Part shown: one piece after another, positions 49,206-61,874 of the stretch
Numbering within the stretch: the stretch's first letter is position 1
Layout: every line of letters starts with the position of its first letter
Origin: Microthyrium microscopicum
Lineage: Eukaryota
Length of the DNA stretch: 64,000 nt
Reading direction: 5' to 3'
Assembly: GCA_010405405.1 (NCBI GenBank)
Contig: MU004230.1
Location: 2,948,627 to 3,012,626, forward strand
The notes under the pieces: model-generated
Databases searched by the model: none
Told to the model about the DNA's origin: nothing
What the model saw: the letters and a program-made list of their open reading frames with translations, nothing else
Made by a program: the position numbers and the translations under genes

Positions 49206-50973
49206 ATGGCTCCGCGTCCTCCTCCCTCCTCGCACAAACCACGCAACAAGCGACGGCATCACCTTTCCATATCATCGCCCGACTTTCCGCTCGCTGCCTT
49301 TCTATGGCCTGCACGAACCGGTGTATCATCATGGATTCTACTACCTCTGATACTGATGGCTGCTGGTCTGTTTCGATGGGCCACTAGCATCTGGCCGTAC
49401 TCTGGCTTCCAGTCTCCTCCCATGCACGGAGATTTCGAAGCTCAGCGACATTGGATGGAGATCACCACACATTTGCCAATATCAGAATGGTACTTTCACG
49501 ACTTACAATGGTGGGGCCTAGACTACCCTCCATTGACTGCGTATCATAGCTGGCTTGTTGGCCAAATGTATGTGTTCTGTTCCTCCTGTGACCTCCGCGT
49601 TAACACCACGTAGCGGTAACTTTATCGACGGGACTTGGTTTACCCTATACAAGTCGCGCGGCCTTGACGATCCCATTCTAAAGCTATATATGCGCGCTTC
49701 CGTCCTCGTATCCGAGTATCTTATATATGTTCCCGCCATTGCTGTTGCTGCACGTTGGTTTGTGCGTCTGGAACATGTCAATTTCGTTGAGTTTGCCATC
49801 GCCCTCACAGCCATCCTGATGCAACCAGCTACCATTTTGATCGACCATGGCCATTTTCAATATAATACGGTGATGCTCGGATTAGCCGCCGCGACGATCT
49901 CAAGTCTAATGGCTGGCCGAGTTCGTTGGGCTTGCGTCTTCTTCGTTGGAGCTCTCGGATTCAAGCAGATGGCTTTATTCTATGCGCCAGCAGTCTTTGC
50001 CTACCTTCTTGGAAGCTGTATCACCCCGAAAATAGATGTGGTCCGTCTCTTTACCATCGCTTTGACGACTATACTCTCTTTCGGGGTGCTTTACGCACCC
50101 TTACTTCTTGGCTCCATACGAGATGCATATCGCAAAATCGCAATCGAGGAATATCAAATTCCACCTCTTTTGGCATCACTGCCGTTCGACGTGGACCAGC
50201 AAAACATGCTTCATAGGCCTTTGATACAGCTCGCCCAAAGCATCCATCGCATCTTCCCATTCGCGCGTGGTCTCTTTGAAGACAAAGTTGCCAACTTCTG
50301 GTGCGCAATTCACACCTTCCACAAGTTACACCAATACTCGAGCTCTACGGTCCAAAGGGCCGCACTTGTCGCCACTCTATTTTCAATCACTCCCCCGTGT
50401 CTTATCCTACTCTTCAAGCCCAAAAAAGACCTGGTTCCTCTCGCCTTTGCCGCGACTTCATGGGGATTCTTCTTATGCTCCTATCAAGTACACGAGAAGA
50501 ACGTGCTTTTGCCACTTCTACCCATGACACTCATATTGGCCTCTCAAGGAGGTTTACTCCCGCCTATTCGCGCCTGGGTCGGATTCGCTAATATCTTGGC
50601 CTGCTGGACCATGTATCCTCTGCTACGGCGAGATGGACTTCAGCTACCGTACTATGTTCTTACGCTACTTTGGGCATACCTGATGGGACTTCCTCCTACT
50701 TCTTTATCGACATATTTTGGGACGAAAGAAGCTGCTGGTGGTTTGACAGCATTGCTTCACCTACCATTTTATGCGGCGATGATGGCATGGCATGTGGCGA
50801 ACGAGTTTGTCGCTCCACCGGCCAACAAGCCAGATCTATGGGTCGTAGGAAATGTACTGATAGGCGCTGCTGGCTTTGGTTTGTGCTATTTATGGTGTCT
50901 GTTCTCACTTGCACAAAAAGCGGGCCTACTTTCATGGTTTAAAAAAGAAACTGAAAAGCAGAAGACGCTGTAA
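49206..50973 (+). CDS. ALG6: Dolichyl-P-Glc:Man9GlcNAc2-PP-Dol alpha-1,3-glucosyltransferase
   Basis: GDFEAQRHWME, WGLDYPPLTAYHSW, IDHGHFQYN, FKQMAL, RIFPFARGLFEDKVANFW, QVHEK; one intron. Confidence 0.96.
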
Positions 50974-51950
50974 GCCTGCAAGGTTCTATTTAGGTTGTTT
51001 TGGCGTCATATACCCTTGCAATTGGAAGCTATTTGAGCGAAGATTACCATCTTTGGTGTAATATTATAGTATACAATATGTAAAATGTAGAGAGGCTCAA
51101 GGTCAGGTGAAATCTATGACCTGGTCTATGCAATGTTTAAGTTTCCGAACCCGCAATGCATGTTTTCTTTCTTTCCTCTAGGTATTCTCTCCTTATGCGA
51201 CTTGGAAGCCGAATCCTGCCATACACGATTTGTACTTTGACATCATGGACTGGCAGTCTTGTTGCGGGTTATCGGATTTGGAGAAGAGCATGCACTCATC
51301 GCGAGCAGCCTTTTCATCTGTACACACGCAGCATGGCTAGCTTGATGTTAGCTTTGCTTCCGGGTTGAGTAGTGATCGAGTTTGTAGAGGCGTACCTTGA
51401 CTTTTGGCTGTTCGGAAGAGGCGATGCTTGAGGAGATGGGCGCGGTCGCTAGGGTGACTGAACCCAATTAGCAGAGTACTGCGGAAGTGGTAGACCATAC
51501 CTACGCGATTGAGTAGCCGACATATTGAACGTTAATCTGACAGGAAGAAGCTGTTGTGCTGAAGGCGAGCTCAATGTCAATGATCTGGAGATATTCTGAT
51601 TCGATGCATTACTAAGGGCGGCGTATGAGTAATCCGATTGGTTCAAACTGCAGGGATCTAGCCTTGAATAGTGCTTTTTGACCTAAGACAAAGATGGCTT
51701 AGCTTCCCTGCGTTGAATCTGATGTCATCACCAACAAGGCTGAAAACGAAAACCAGTTGTGTCTAAACTCTAAACAACCACTTTCTGTAATCCCACTGTT
51801 ACGTCAGTAATCGATTTCGTGCATATAAACGGCATCTCTAGCTCGATAAGCTAGCTACTCTTTCTCTTCAAAACCACACGATCAAGAACACGAAAGCCAT
51901 CAATCGCACCAGCAACACCTACTCCGTACCAGAAACCAATACCACCAACC

Positions 51951-52306
51951 ATGCCATCATTCAAAGTCATTCTCGCGAGCATAGCACTCTTCGTCGGCGT
52001 CGCTGTCTACTTCTTCGGTATTCCAAAAGAATGGAAGCAAGCAATGGAGCGAAGAGCTCTCAAAACCATGGGCGAAAACAAAGCAAGCTATATGCTTAAA
52101 GGTATATGACACATCAGCCTCCAACAATCGATCAGACTAACAAATTCTTAGACCAAATCTCCAAAATTCCCGAAGCAGATCAACAAGACGTCAAGGATTT
52201 GAAGAAGGGATTGAACAACATCACGGGCGGAGCCACAAACAACCGCCTGGGTGAAGAGGGAGGCGAGTTGGCCGATAAGTTGACCAGCCCATTCACTGGA
52301 CGGTAA
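51951..52306 (+). CDS. Small (~100 aa) protein with an N-terminal hydrophobic anchor
   Basis: ACC-ATG context; MPSFKVILASIALFVGVAVYFFGIP...TMGENKASYMLK/DQISKIP... joined by a GTATAT..CTAAC..TAG intron; TATAAA at 51824. Confidence 0.8.
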
Positions 52307-53229
52307 ACACCACATATTGTGGTCACGTCAAGCAGTACACATATAGATATTGTGTGTTGCTATGAAAAGCATGTTTTGGTTGGGTTAGGAATCTAGCGAT
52401 TGGAGCTTATGCGATGAATACGTATCATCCAGCTGTTGTAATATATGAAGCGAACATCTTATACTTTTCACCAACCATCATTCCACAGTGACTGTCTTTC
52501 AATGCACATAATAGGCCGCTGTGCTAGATGTTCTAATTTTGCTATCAGTTAAGACTTTATGAATTAATAGGGCCATTGTCGAGATGACCATTAGGAAGGC
52601 GGCGGGTTTTCCCACGCAGAGCACAGCTCCACAGGTAGTAGCATGAGGTGAGCCATAGGATGAATCATTCTGGTGTCATTCGGTTCTACAGGATCAGTCT
52701 GGCCTATGAATCGAGTGCCTTCGTAAGCACAACCATTGATTCCAGGCCACACACGGCAACCCTTTGGCATTGCAGGCATATCAATCGGCTTTACCATGCA
52801 TAAAGAATGTGTAGCACATATTCGTCTAGATGAACTCATTTCCTGTCACTTTGAAGTTTATGGTCGTGATTGAGTTTACTGGATATAAAAGGTATAGGAA
52901 GTATAGTACAAGTATGAGGAAAAGTATACTTTTGCAATCTTTAGAAGCAATACAGTTCTTGTGTTGAGAATGGTTTCTGAATGAGGCTTTTGGTTGTTGG
53001 TATGGCATTCTTTCACTCTACATTTCATTCCGATTGTGACGAGGACATTTGGATCTCAACCCGGACTGAGACATATCAAAGATATGTACATGAACCCACA
53101 ACGACATCGCCTGAATCTATACAGATGCTATCAAATTCAACCCCTCGTAGCCGAGAAGATCTTGCTAATCATAGAGCACATTCACAGAAATAGCTTGTAG
53201 GGTGTTTTTTTCGAAACCGAAATCATAAT

Positions 53230-54131
53230 TCATTTCTTAGCTTGAAGCATTTCCCGCAACATCTCAACCTCCGCCTCCCTCTTCGCAAGATCTAACTTCA
53301 GTTTCTCCTTTTCCTGGTTAGACTCTTTCAACTCGTTTTCCAATTCTTCAATTCGATCGATCCGTTTTTGACGATACTTCTTCGCCGCAATATTGTTCCG
53401 CTGACGCTTCAGTACCCGATCAGGTGACGGACGACTAGACATCGGACCGCTGGAATTCGACTTGGTCATGGACAGCGGTGTCGGGCTAGGATTTTGCGAG
53501 GAAGAATAATTCAGAGACAATTCAGTGGTGGCCGTTGGAGCATTCTGGACGGCTGGAGCGAGGAGGACGCCTTGAGTTGTTGTCATACCGTTGTAAGAGG
53601 CAGTACTTTGCAGCGTTTCTATCATCAGTGAGTAATGGATAGTTGGTAGTGATAGACAACCAATAGACAAATAAACAGCGAGCCCCCCGTGACTTCATTG
53701 GTTCCCACAAACGCTACTAAAGAAAGGTTGCTATATTTTCCATTGCCTTCAATAAACGGTGCCAGTCTGAGCGCCCCTTATGGTACTAAACGCACTCGAC
53801 ACCAGAGCGTGTTGTGTGGAAGCCATCGAAATCGATGGGAGCACGCGCTTTATGTTGTCTATCGGTTGGAAAGAGAGCAAGATAACGTACCATCATATCC
53901 AGTCGTTTGCGATGTATTTATAACATTGATCAAATCATCACCAGATGTAGGCAAAATCGTCTCCAGAGCAGTAGACCCGCTCATCAAAGACCAATCCGCC
54001 ACACCCAACAACGATTGATCATAACCTTCACCGTCTGGTAAGAACCACTCGTGTTCATTACCAAGGAGGTTTGCGGTGGAATAGTTGAGAGGCTGCAGCT
54101 GCTGAAGATGCTCCGGATCCCATCCTTGCAG
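53230..54131 (-). CDS. bZIP transcription factor, JlbA/IDI-4-like; start at CUG 54131 or AUG 53984
   Basis: Basic region KRQRNNIAAKKYRQKRIDRIEELE plus leucine zipper; intron 53619-53890 (GTACGT..CTCAC..TAG) joins an upstream acidic exon in frame. Confidence 0.8.
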
Positions 54132-54306
54132 GTTCTAAAGGCCTCCGCTCGAGGCCTAGGAGATAGTTATGAGTGGTTTGGGGACGGTGACCAGAATCGA
54201 ATTGATCTGGGTAAGTTTTGGGGTGAAGATGCTCAATGGATGGAGTTGGAGGTTTGGCTTTTGTAGGCGTGATGCCATTGAGGGGCGGGGAGGGCGCTGT
54301 CCGAAA

Positions 54307-54313
54307 TGAGTCA
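54307..54313 (-). promoter_or_regulatory. Gcn4/CpcA (AP-1) element TGACTCA upstream of the bZIP gene
   Basis: Exact heptamer about 180 nt upstream of the candidate start. Confidence 0.55.
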
Positions 54314-55575
54314 AGAATTGTGCTTGGTTCCACGGGGCGTCTTTAGTCCGAGTTTCAAACCCAATTGAGCGGATCTATCCAAGGCGCGGTCTTCGATTCG
54401 TGAATTTGATTGGATGGATAATAGCAGTCATATCCGTCAGCCTTATAGAAGGCGAGGTGCCAAGTTTTCCTAAAGCAGGAATAAAATCCGACTGAAGAGG
54501 TTTGTTGATGGGCTGAGTAACAGTGGCAACTGTCAGCCTTGAAGAGTGCGATGTGCCACGTTGTCTAAGAGCAAATATAAATTTCGAACGAAACGTTTCA
54601 GTGTTTGTTGATCATTGGAATAACAATCAGAAGAATCAATTGACTGCTCAACTTACTAGTTGATTGTCATTGCAGAGCTGCTGCAATCAAGATCAATTGC
54701 GAATTAAACTTTGAAGAAAATCTATCTGCGTTATTTCGTCTAATAAGGGTGCAGTACCATATAACCAAATTTTCGAGATTTCAGTATTTCATCCCCAGAA
54801 AGCATGCTAGAATAGTAGAGTGGTCGCAGTAATGAAAAGCAATAATGTTGTCTGACTAGTTCCAAGAGGGAATGTAGTTGAGACGTTTTGAAGGCTTTGT
54901 CAGGATGTAAACTTACTATTCACGATAGCAGAGTGCAGGGGATGAGGAACTTTGTCAGCTTGGTGTGCAAGCAAAAGCTGACCTTGTGTTCGATTGCGGT
55001 GAACATCGTAATGTTATGAGATGACGGTGAATTGGTCTCTCATGTTGTTTTTTTGCGTTTTTCATTTTGGCTGAATTGGATTCTTTTTTGGGAACTTGCT
55101 GGTGGTGGTGGTTGAAGAGGGAGTGGATTTTGGCTGGTAGGAATGGTACTGAGATGCATTATTGACTGTTCTAATTAGCATCTTTTGATTCTGTTACTGT
55201 ATGTTGAACTCAGGTCTAAGTTCACAATGTACTGATCGAGTCAACGATGAATAATGGAAGCAAAGGAGGAAACGCCAGAAATGAACGGCACGACAACGGC
55301 AATTCATCTTTCGTACCAAACCAACATTTTATATCCGCAAGCCAAACCATTCCTCATCATACACGGCACAGTCCCTCCGTCGCTCTCGTAAACCCGTATG
55401 GCAACATATCAGCCAACAATCACGGCCATGTTAAGCCCTACGCCATCTTCCGATCTCGCTTGACCTCAATCGCATATACCCGGCCGACAAGGCTGTCTCG
55501 AGGTCCCCCAAGACCAGACATCGAGATTTCTCACAACCACCACACGTACAATCGACTCCAGACTTCACCACCAAA

Positions 55576-56676
55576 ATGGCGCCCCTAAAACTAGCAATCC
55601 TAGACGACAACCAAAACCTCGCCTCAACCTACTTCACCCCCACCGCCTTCCCCACCCTCAGCATAACAATCTTCAACGACACCCTCCCCCCCTACTCCCA
55701 CCCGACCACCAGCTCCTCCGACCGCAAAGCCATCATCGCCCGCCTCCTCCCCTTCGCCATAATCTCCACCATGCGCGAACGCACCCCCTTCACCGAAGAC
55801 CTCGTCTCCCAACTCCCCAACCTAAAACTCCTCCTCGTAACCGGCAAACGCCACAATACCTTCGACTATGGCGCGTTTCATTCACGCAGCATACCAATCA
55901 TCGCAGCAGCGGGCCGACCAAAGCAGGTGTTGGACGACGCACAGAAGGAGATTTGTAGAGATGGTGCTCATGCGACGACACAGCATACATGGGCGCTGAT
56001 TCTAGGGCTCGCGAGGGGTGTGGCGCGGGAAGATCATGCGTTGAAGAGTGGGTTATGGCAGACGTCCTTTGCGTTGGGATTGCAGGGTCTCACGCTGGGT
56101 GTGCTGGGCTTGGGGCGGTTGGGGGGTAGTACGGCGCGGATTGGGGTGTTGGCTTGGGGGATGAAGGTCGTGGCGTGGAGTAGTAGTCTTACGCAGGAGA
56201 AGGCTGATGAGACGGCGAAAGCGCTTGGGTTGCCGGTGGAGGTTGGGGGGGAGAAGACGTTTAGGGTTGTGGGGAAGGAGGAGTTGTTTAGGGTGGCGGA
56301 TGTGGTTAGTGTGCATTATGCGTTGAGTGCGAGGAGTGAGGGGATTGTGGGCAGGGAGGAGTTGGGGGTGATGAAGAAGGGTGCGCTGTTGGTGAATACT
56401 TCGAGGGGGCCGTTGATTGATGAGGGTGCGTTGTTGGAGACGTTGGAGAAGGGGGGGATTGCGGGTGCTGCGCTGGATGTTTTTGATGTGGAGCCGGTGC
56501 AGAAGGATCATCCGTATAGATCTTATAAATGGGGAACGGAGGGACGGTCAGAGTTGTTGTTATCGCCGCATATGGGGTATGTGGAAAAGGATACGTTGGA
56601 GACGTGGTATGAGGAGACGGCGGAGAACTTGCAGCGATGGTTGAAGGGGGAGAAGGCAGTACATCAGATTTTGTGA
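55576..56676 (+). CDS. D-isomer-specific 2-hydroxyacid dehydrogenase, intronless
   Basis: MRERTPF, Rossmann motif GLGRLG, LVNTSRGPLIDE, AALDVFDVEP, SPHMGYV. Confidence 0.92.
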   Translation: MAPLKLAILDDNQNLASTYFTPTAFPTLSITIFNDTLPPYSHPTTSSSDRKAIIARLLPFAIISTMRERTPFTEDLVSQLPNLKLLLVTGKRHNTFDYGAFHSRSIPIIAAAGRPKQVLDDAQKEICRDGAHATTQHTWALILGLARGVAREDHALKSGLWQTSFALGLQGLTLGVLGLGRLGGSTARIGVLAWGMKVVAWSSSLTQEKADETAKALGLPVEVGGEKTFRVVGKEELFRVADVVSVHYALSARSEGIVGREELGVMKKGALLVNTSRGPLIDEGALLETLEKGGIAGAALDVFDVEPVQKDHPYRSYKWGTEGRSELLLSPHMGYVEKDTLETWYEETAENLQRWLKGEKAVHQIL

Positions 56677-56942
56677 GATGGGAGGTAGAGAGACGTTAAG
56701 TAAATATGTCATTGGTATTTCATTTGGTTGATGAGCTACATAACTCCGTAAAAGCGTCATTACAATCGTATTTATACAAGTCCGTTAACCGACTCCTGCG
56801 TAATTCATAGGGTATAACAATTCGGCCGAGGGGTCCATCGATTAGGAATTACAACGCCGATGATCCGGACACTTGACGGCTTCTAAAAAACCATTGTCAG
56901 TCCAACGTCGTTTGAGGATTGTGTAAAAGTCAAGTCAGCATC

Positions 56943-57549
56943 TTAGGCGCTTGAAACTTGGCTCATGGTTGGGTTCGACCTTCCGCTCCGCATGTTTACA
57001 CTCCCCCTCGAGTCAAGAAAGGTGAATACGGTAGATGCGATCCAGGCGGCGAGGGCGAAGAAGAGGAAGGCGGTTGATGCTTGAGATTCTCGGCATCTCT
57101 TGGAAGATCCCAGAGTGATCTTGTTAGACTTGAGATAATCCTATGGATCATTAGTGGACTGCTTGGTATAACTACGACTGCGGAACTTACGCCATTGGAG
57201 CATGAATGGCTTCCGAGGATTGCCGCTGTCGCAACAGCAGCACAGAAGATGAAGAGGAGGTTGAAGGCATCAAGACCGAGCATGATAGCGCGGTGGAAGA
57301 TGAAGCTCTCATTCAAAGTCGCAGCAGTGAGATATATGAGAGACAGCATGGCAAAGATGGCAGTGAACAGATCATAGTTGATGATGGCGGGCGTGCCACC
57401 CATCGCGACCTGGTTCGCGGTCAATGCTAATACTATGAGCATGCAGAAGAACTATAATGACACATGTTAGAGCGCTTGGATACGATGATGGTATTGCGAA
57501 GGCTTACCTGGAATCCGCGGAGACCCAGAGCAAGTGGTCTCGAAACCAT
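56943..57549 (-). CDS. NCE102: MARVEL-domain eisosome/MCC protein Nce102
   Basis: MVSRPLALGLRGFQ/FFCMLIVLAL...HSCSN/..YLKSN.IT.GS.KRCRESQASTAFLFF; four TM segments, two introns. Confidence 0.88.
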
Positions 57550-57947
57550 GTCGAAGATTGTTTTGGTAGTTTGGTAAGTGGTGGGTGTATGGAGGCGAAG
57601 AGGTTGAGAGAATCAAGGATGCAGCGTAGGAGAAAACTGTTGAGCAAGATAATGCAGATGTTAGTGAGGATATGCTTGATAGTGAGATGAGAATGAGAGA
57701 AAAAGGACTTGAGAAGTGAAGCGGGCAGGAGCAATAAAGACTTTCGGCGGGCGCAGTGATGACGTCGGACGTGATGGAAAGTGTACCGCAGAAAGTACAG
57801 AAAATGGTGTGGAAAGAGCGGGTAAGAGAGCGGAAATACGCGGCAGAGTGGCTTGTGGATTGAATGATGCGTTTTGAGTGGATAGTTGAGACTTTGCAGC
57901 CAACTTGAAAGCGTAATGCGAACCGTAGTTTGTCTCAAGCGTCAAAG

Positions 57948-58349
57948 TGGAGAGGGTCAGCCCGTGAATTTCTAGGATTTTGACTCCATATTTACTGCGG
58001 ATTTTGACTGTCGATCTACTCTGGAATTAGCCTAGCCCCTGAGATCTCGTGATATCAAACCGCAGAAACTGCCCTTATAGTAATTCTCCCTGTAGGCGTT
58101 TTTGTGCCATGATCTTAACTTCAACATCTAATTAAATAACTTTGACGTTGACTTAACTTGAGCACTATTCTAAAACAGGTTAGTAGTAGGTCAGCATGAG
58201 AAGTAAAAGTGGAGTGTAAGTCGATTTTACTCAGTAAAAACGACTTTTACTCTTTTGCGCGCTATTCCCTTTAAGGGAGTAGAAACGCCTTCCGAGTACC
58301 TGCGGATCGCGTTCCGAGGGTACTCCAAATGGCATGCTGACCCTCTCCA
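57948..58349. mobile_element. Candidate MITE or foldback element upstream of NCE102
   Basis: Perfect 14-bp inverted repeat TGGAGAGGGTCAGC / GCTGACCCTCTCCA, an inner GGTCAGCATG/CATGCTGACC pair and several internal hairpins. Confidence 0.5.
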
Positions 58350-59045
58350 GTGAAAATTGCAAGCGTTTAGAGAAAGCAGTTGACGATGCCGTGCAGATTC
58401 AACGATTTGGCAAGCTGCAACTGTTAAAGAGTCTCAGATGTTGGGAAGGTAGTGGGCGTCGTAGATAATTATTGGAGGCAGTCGCAGCCTGATTGTTTCT
58501 ACAGTTGCGCCTTCCATCGCCTAGCAACCGCCCATCCCGACTGCCAAATCTGTACCCTGTCAACTCTCTGTGGCTGCGACTTCCCGATCCTTCGAATCCA
58601 GAGCCTCATCCCTGTCAGAATACCATCGCGACTGCCATTCATTCGTCTGTTGGGCGCAACCTCGCACCGAACTGTGTTTACTGTGAACCATACACAGCCT
58701 TTGGAGACGAGTACATTGAAACTGCCAGGTTAACCCACGCTCGTGTATCTATAAACAAAAGTTTCAAGTCGTCTAGATATTAAACGCTGATATTTCCCAC
58801 AGCAACCACATCGTACGAACATGGGTAATGCACGTATATCAACGAACCAATTTGTCCATTCGCGACACCAAGTATCCTAGTCTGAAGAATATCAACAATC
58901 AAACGCCAACGCTCAGCATGCTTGCAATCGCGCTGGCTATGCTTCTCGTCGCTATCGTACCCAAACCCAGAAAATTTGTAACAAGCGTCAATCTCCGCTG
59001 TAGTACCCCAAGAAGCCCATAAAACTACTCTACTCTCCATGTCAA

Positions 59046-61874
59046 TCAACCCCATGGGCCAGTCTCCTTGATATCTCCGCCAAATCTGCCCACTGTCACC
59101 CAGTCAACTTTCTTGCCAGCCGCCTCATCAAGCTTTGGGCCATCCCAATCTGGCCAAGGCGTACGTTCTGGCCGACAACCTAAGCCTTCCGCAGAAATCC
59201 ATAGTTGAAGAACAGCAACGATGAACTGTAGCTTCTTGCGTAGCATGTTGCCGTTATTCTTGTTTTGAGCTGGTCCAAGTAGGAGATACTCTAGTGAGCC
59301 GGAGACGATATCGCGCCCTTTGACGTATCTGAGTGGTAGGATCTCTTTTTGCTTGATGTAGGATAAAGCCGCCTCACTGAGACATGTGAAATCACAGTAT
59401 TCGCCGTCTGCGGAAATGACCATTTTGGTATGATCTGGGAAGTTGACCTATGTTACGTTAGTTGTAATTCAAAGAATGAAAAGCAGGGAAATCATACCTG
59501 CACAGAGCCATCAGTGAACCACCAAAATCCAACAGTACCAACTCGTTGATAGAACCGTACAATCGGACCAGCAGCCATCTCCTTCTCCTCTTGAATGTCA
59601 TTAACTGTGCTGAGCGTCTGGCACATATATCTCGAAAACTTTGACCATAGCACAATATTCCGCTTCCGCTGTTCCTCGTTTGGAAAGTTCGCTTGCAATT
59701 TGCCAGTCTGGTCAACGCCGTAGAAATCGATCGGTATCTGATATATGGCTTGCGCATTCACTTTATCATTTTGCTTGTCTAGATGGGTGTACCCGTGGCG
59801 AACGACGGCGTGCATGACTGGTTGGCGGGACGTTGCGTTGAAGGAGCATCCAATTGTCCCATCTTTGAGAACGTAGCCGACGCCGTGCTTCTTTGCGTAG
59901 TCTACCCATTTTGTCACGAATGGAAGCGGTTGGAGGGGGTTGCCGCGTTTGCTGGGGCGCGTTTTGCAGGCTAAGGCGGAGAGGATGCGTTCGCGGAGCT
60001 GGGAGGCTTTGCGGAGGACACTTGCTGGGTCATTGCCGAATTCAATGTCGCTGAGGGCAGGAAGAGGGGCGGGACTATCGACTACCCTTCGAACTGTTTG
60101 AACGTCTTGATCCGAAATAATTGGGTTTGGCTCTTTCCGTCGACTAGCGTGATCCCGCAGTCGTTGAGATGGCAAAGACCGAAGAGTTTGCTTGAAGGAT
60201 TGTGCGACGGTATGACCTTCGGCCCGAGGAGGCGGTTCCATTAAGGTTGGCTTCTCTTGAGATCGTGACATAGTTCGAGTGGGTAGTTCTGGTACAGGTG
60301 CGACCGCCGTTTCTTTTGATCGCGAAGTCGTCCGCTGCAAAGTTGGCAACTCTGAGGCTGGCTTGTCTTTCGAGCGAGATGTTGTTCGTGATCGAGTGCT
60401 GTGACCAGGTCTCACTGGCGGACCCATTTGATTCTCTTCTGGATCGACATTTTCTTTCAGTCGTCGGGATGGTATCCGTTTGGCTGGTTGAAGTCGAGTC
60501 AGAATGGAATCTGCAACCACATGGTTACCTGATATTTCTGTCAGTTGAGAAATATGAGTAGACGATTGCTCCTCGGCAATCTCACTCAGGTTTGGCGTTC
60601 TGTTTCTCGATTTCTTCTCCGAAATAAATGGTACGTATACTGTCCCATTAGCAATGGGTACTGTTGGGGCTCGTCCAGCTTTGATTTCTCGTTCAATTTC
60701 CTTAACAATAGATGTGATGCTGTCGATGCTGATGACAGGAAATATATTGCCTGGTGAGTACTCTCCTACTCCTGCTTTTTTGCACGCCTGATACCAGCTA
60801 AAAGAGTATCCTTGAGAGATTTCGGTGGGCCCAGGAGGAGCAGTGTTGAAGTAATTTGGTGGTGAATTGGTACAGTGGCTAGCCAGAGTCTCGGGCACCC
60901 AATGAAGCCTGAAAAAACTGTGACTGACGATTTGATCGGGAACTGGCCGGTTGTCTTCATCGACAAGTAACGAGCCAACGAGATCTTGGAGATCTGTCGA
61001 GATGACGTTCTGGTGCTTTTTCAAGTCTGGCCATACGTATTCTCGTTGTTGAAGCTTTTTGTAAATCTCTTCGCGTTTCGATGCATGGAATGGAGCTTTG
61101 CCAACTGCCAAGGTGTAGCTGTGATTGTTAGCTGCATATTCGAAGGCTGATATAGGAACAACTTACGCGATAATACCGATAGCCCATAAGTCAACCTTTT
61201 CATTGTGCCCCTTTCCATGCTTCTCCAGAATTTCCGGCGCGAGATAGTTTGGAGTACCGCACATTGTCGTCCGTCTCAATCCAACTTCATTCTTTCCAAC
61301 AAGTACTGCTGCAAGCCCAAAGTCCCCAACCTTGATATTCATATCTGAATCGAGAAATAGGTTGCCTGTCTTCAAATCGCGATGAACAATGTTTCGATGA
61401 TGTAGGTATTTTATCGCACCGCAGATCTGGATAATAAAGCGTCGTATTTCTGGCATGGAGAAGAATTTGCGTTTCTTGAGGGCGTCGGCGAGCGATCCAT
61501 TGTCGCATATTTCTAAAACGACGTATGTACTCTTTTCGAAGGAAAAGGCTCGATGGAATTCGACGATGTTGGGGTGATGGATCTTGGAGTGAAGTTGTAA
61601 TTCTGTTACGAACTAGAGCATAACATGTCAGCTTTTGCGTATCAACAATAGTGCTTCCGGCGCCTACTTTCTGTGCCAGCTTCTGAGGCTCCATCTGCGA
61701 TTTGACAATCTTCAAAGCAACAATCTTGCCCGACGGTTGGTGATTTTCGCAAGTTTCCGCCCTATAACAAATGGCGAATCCTCCTTTTCCGAGTTGGTCG
61801 GCAGTAAGATACTGAATGCCATTTGGCTCCCGAACTATCCGTGGCGGAGGGTCCGCATGTAAATTGGAAGACAT
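59046..61874 (-). CDS. CDC5: Polo-like kinase
   Basis: LGKGGFAICY, HRDLKTGN, GDFGLA, TMCGTPNYLAPE, polo boxes FVTKWVDY..KHGVGY and QVNFPDHTK; three introns. Confidence 0.93.
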
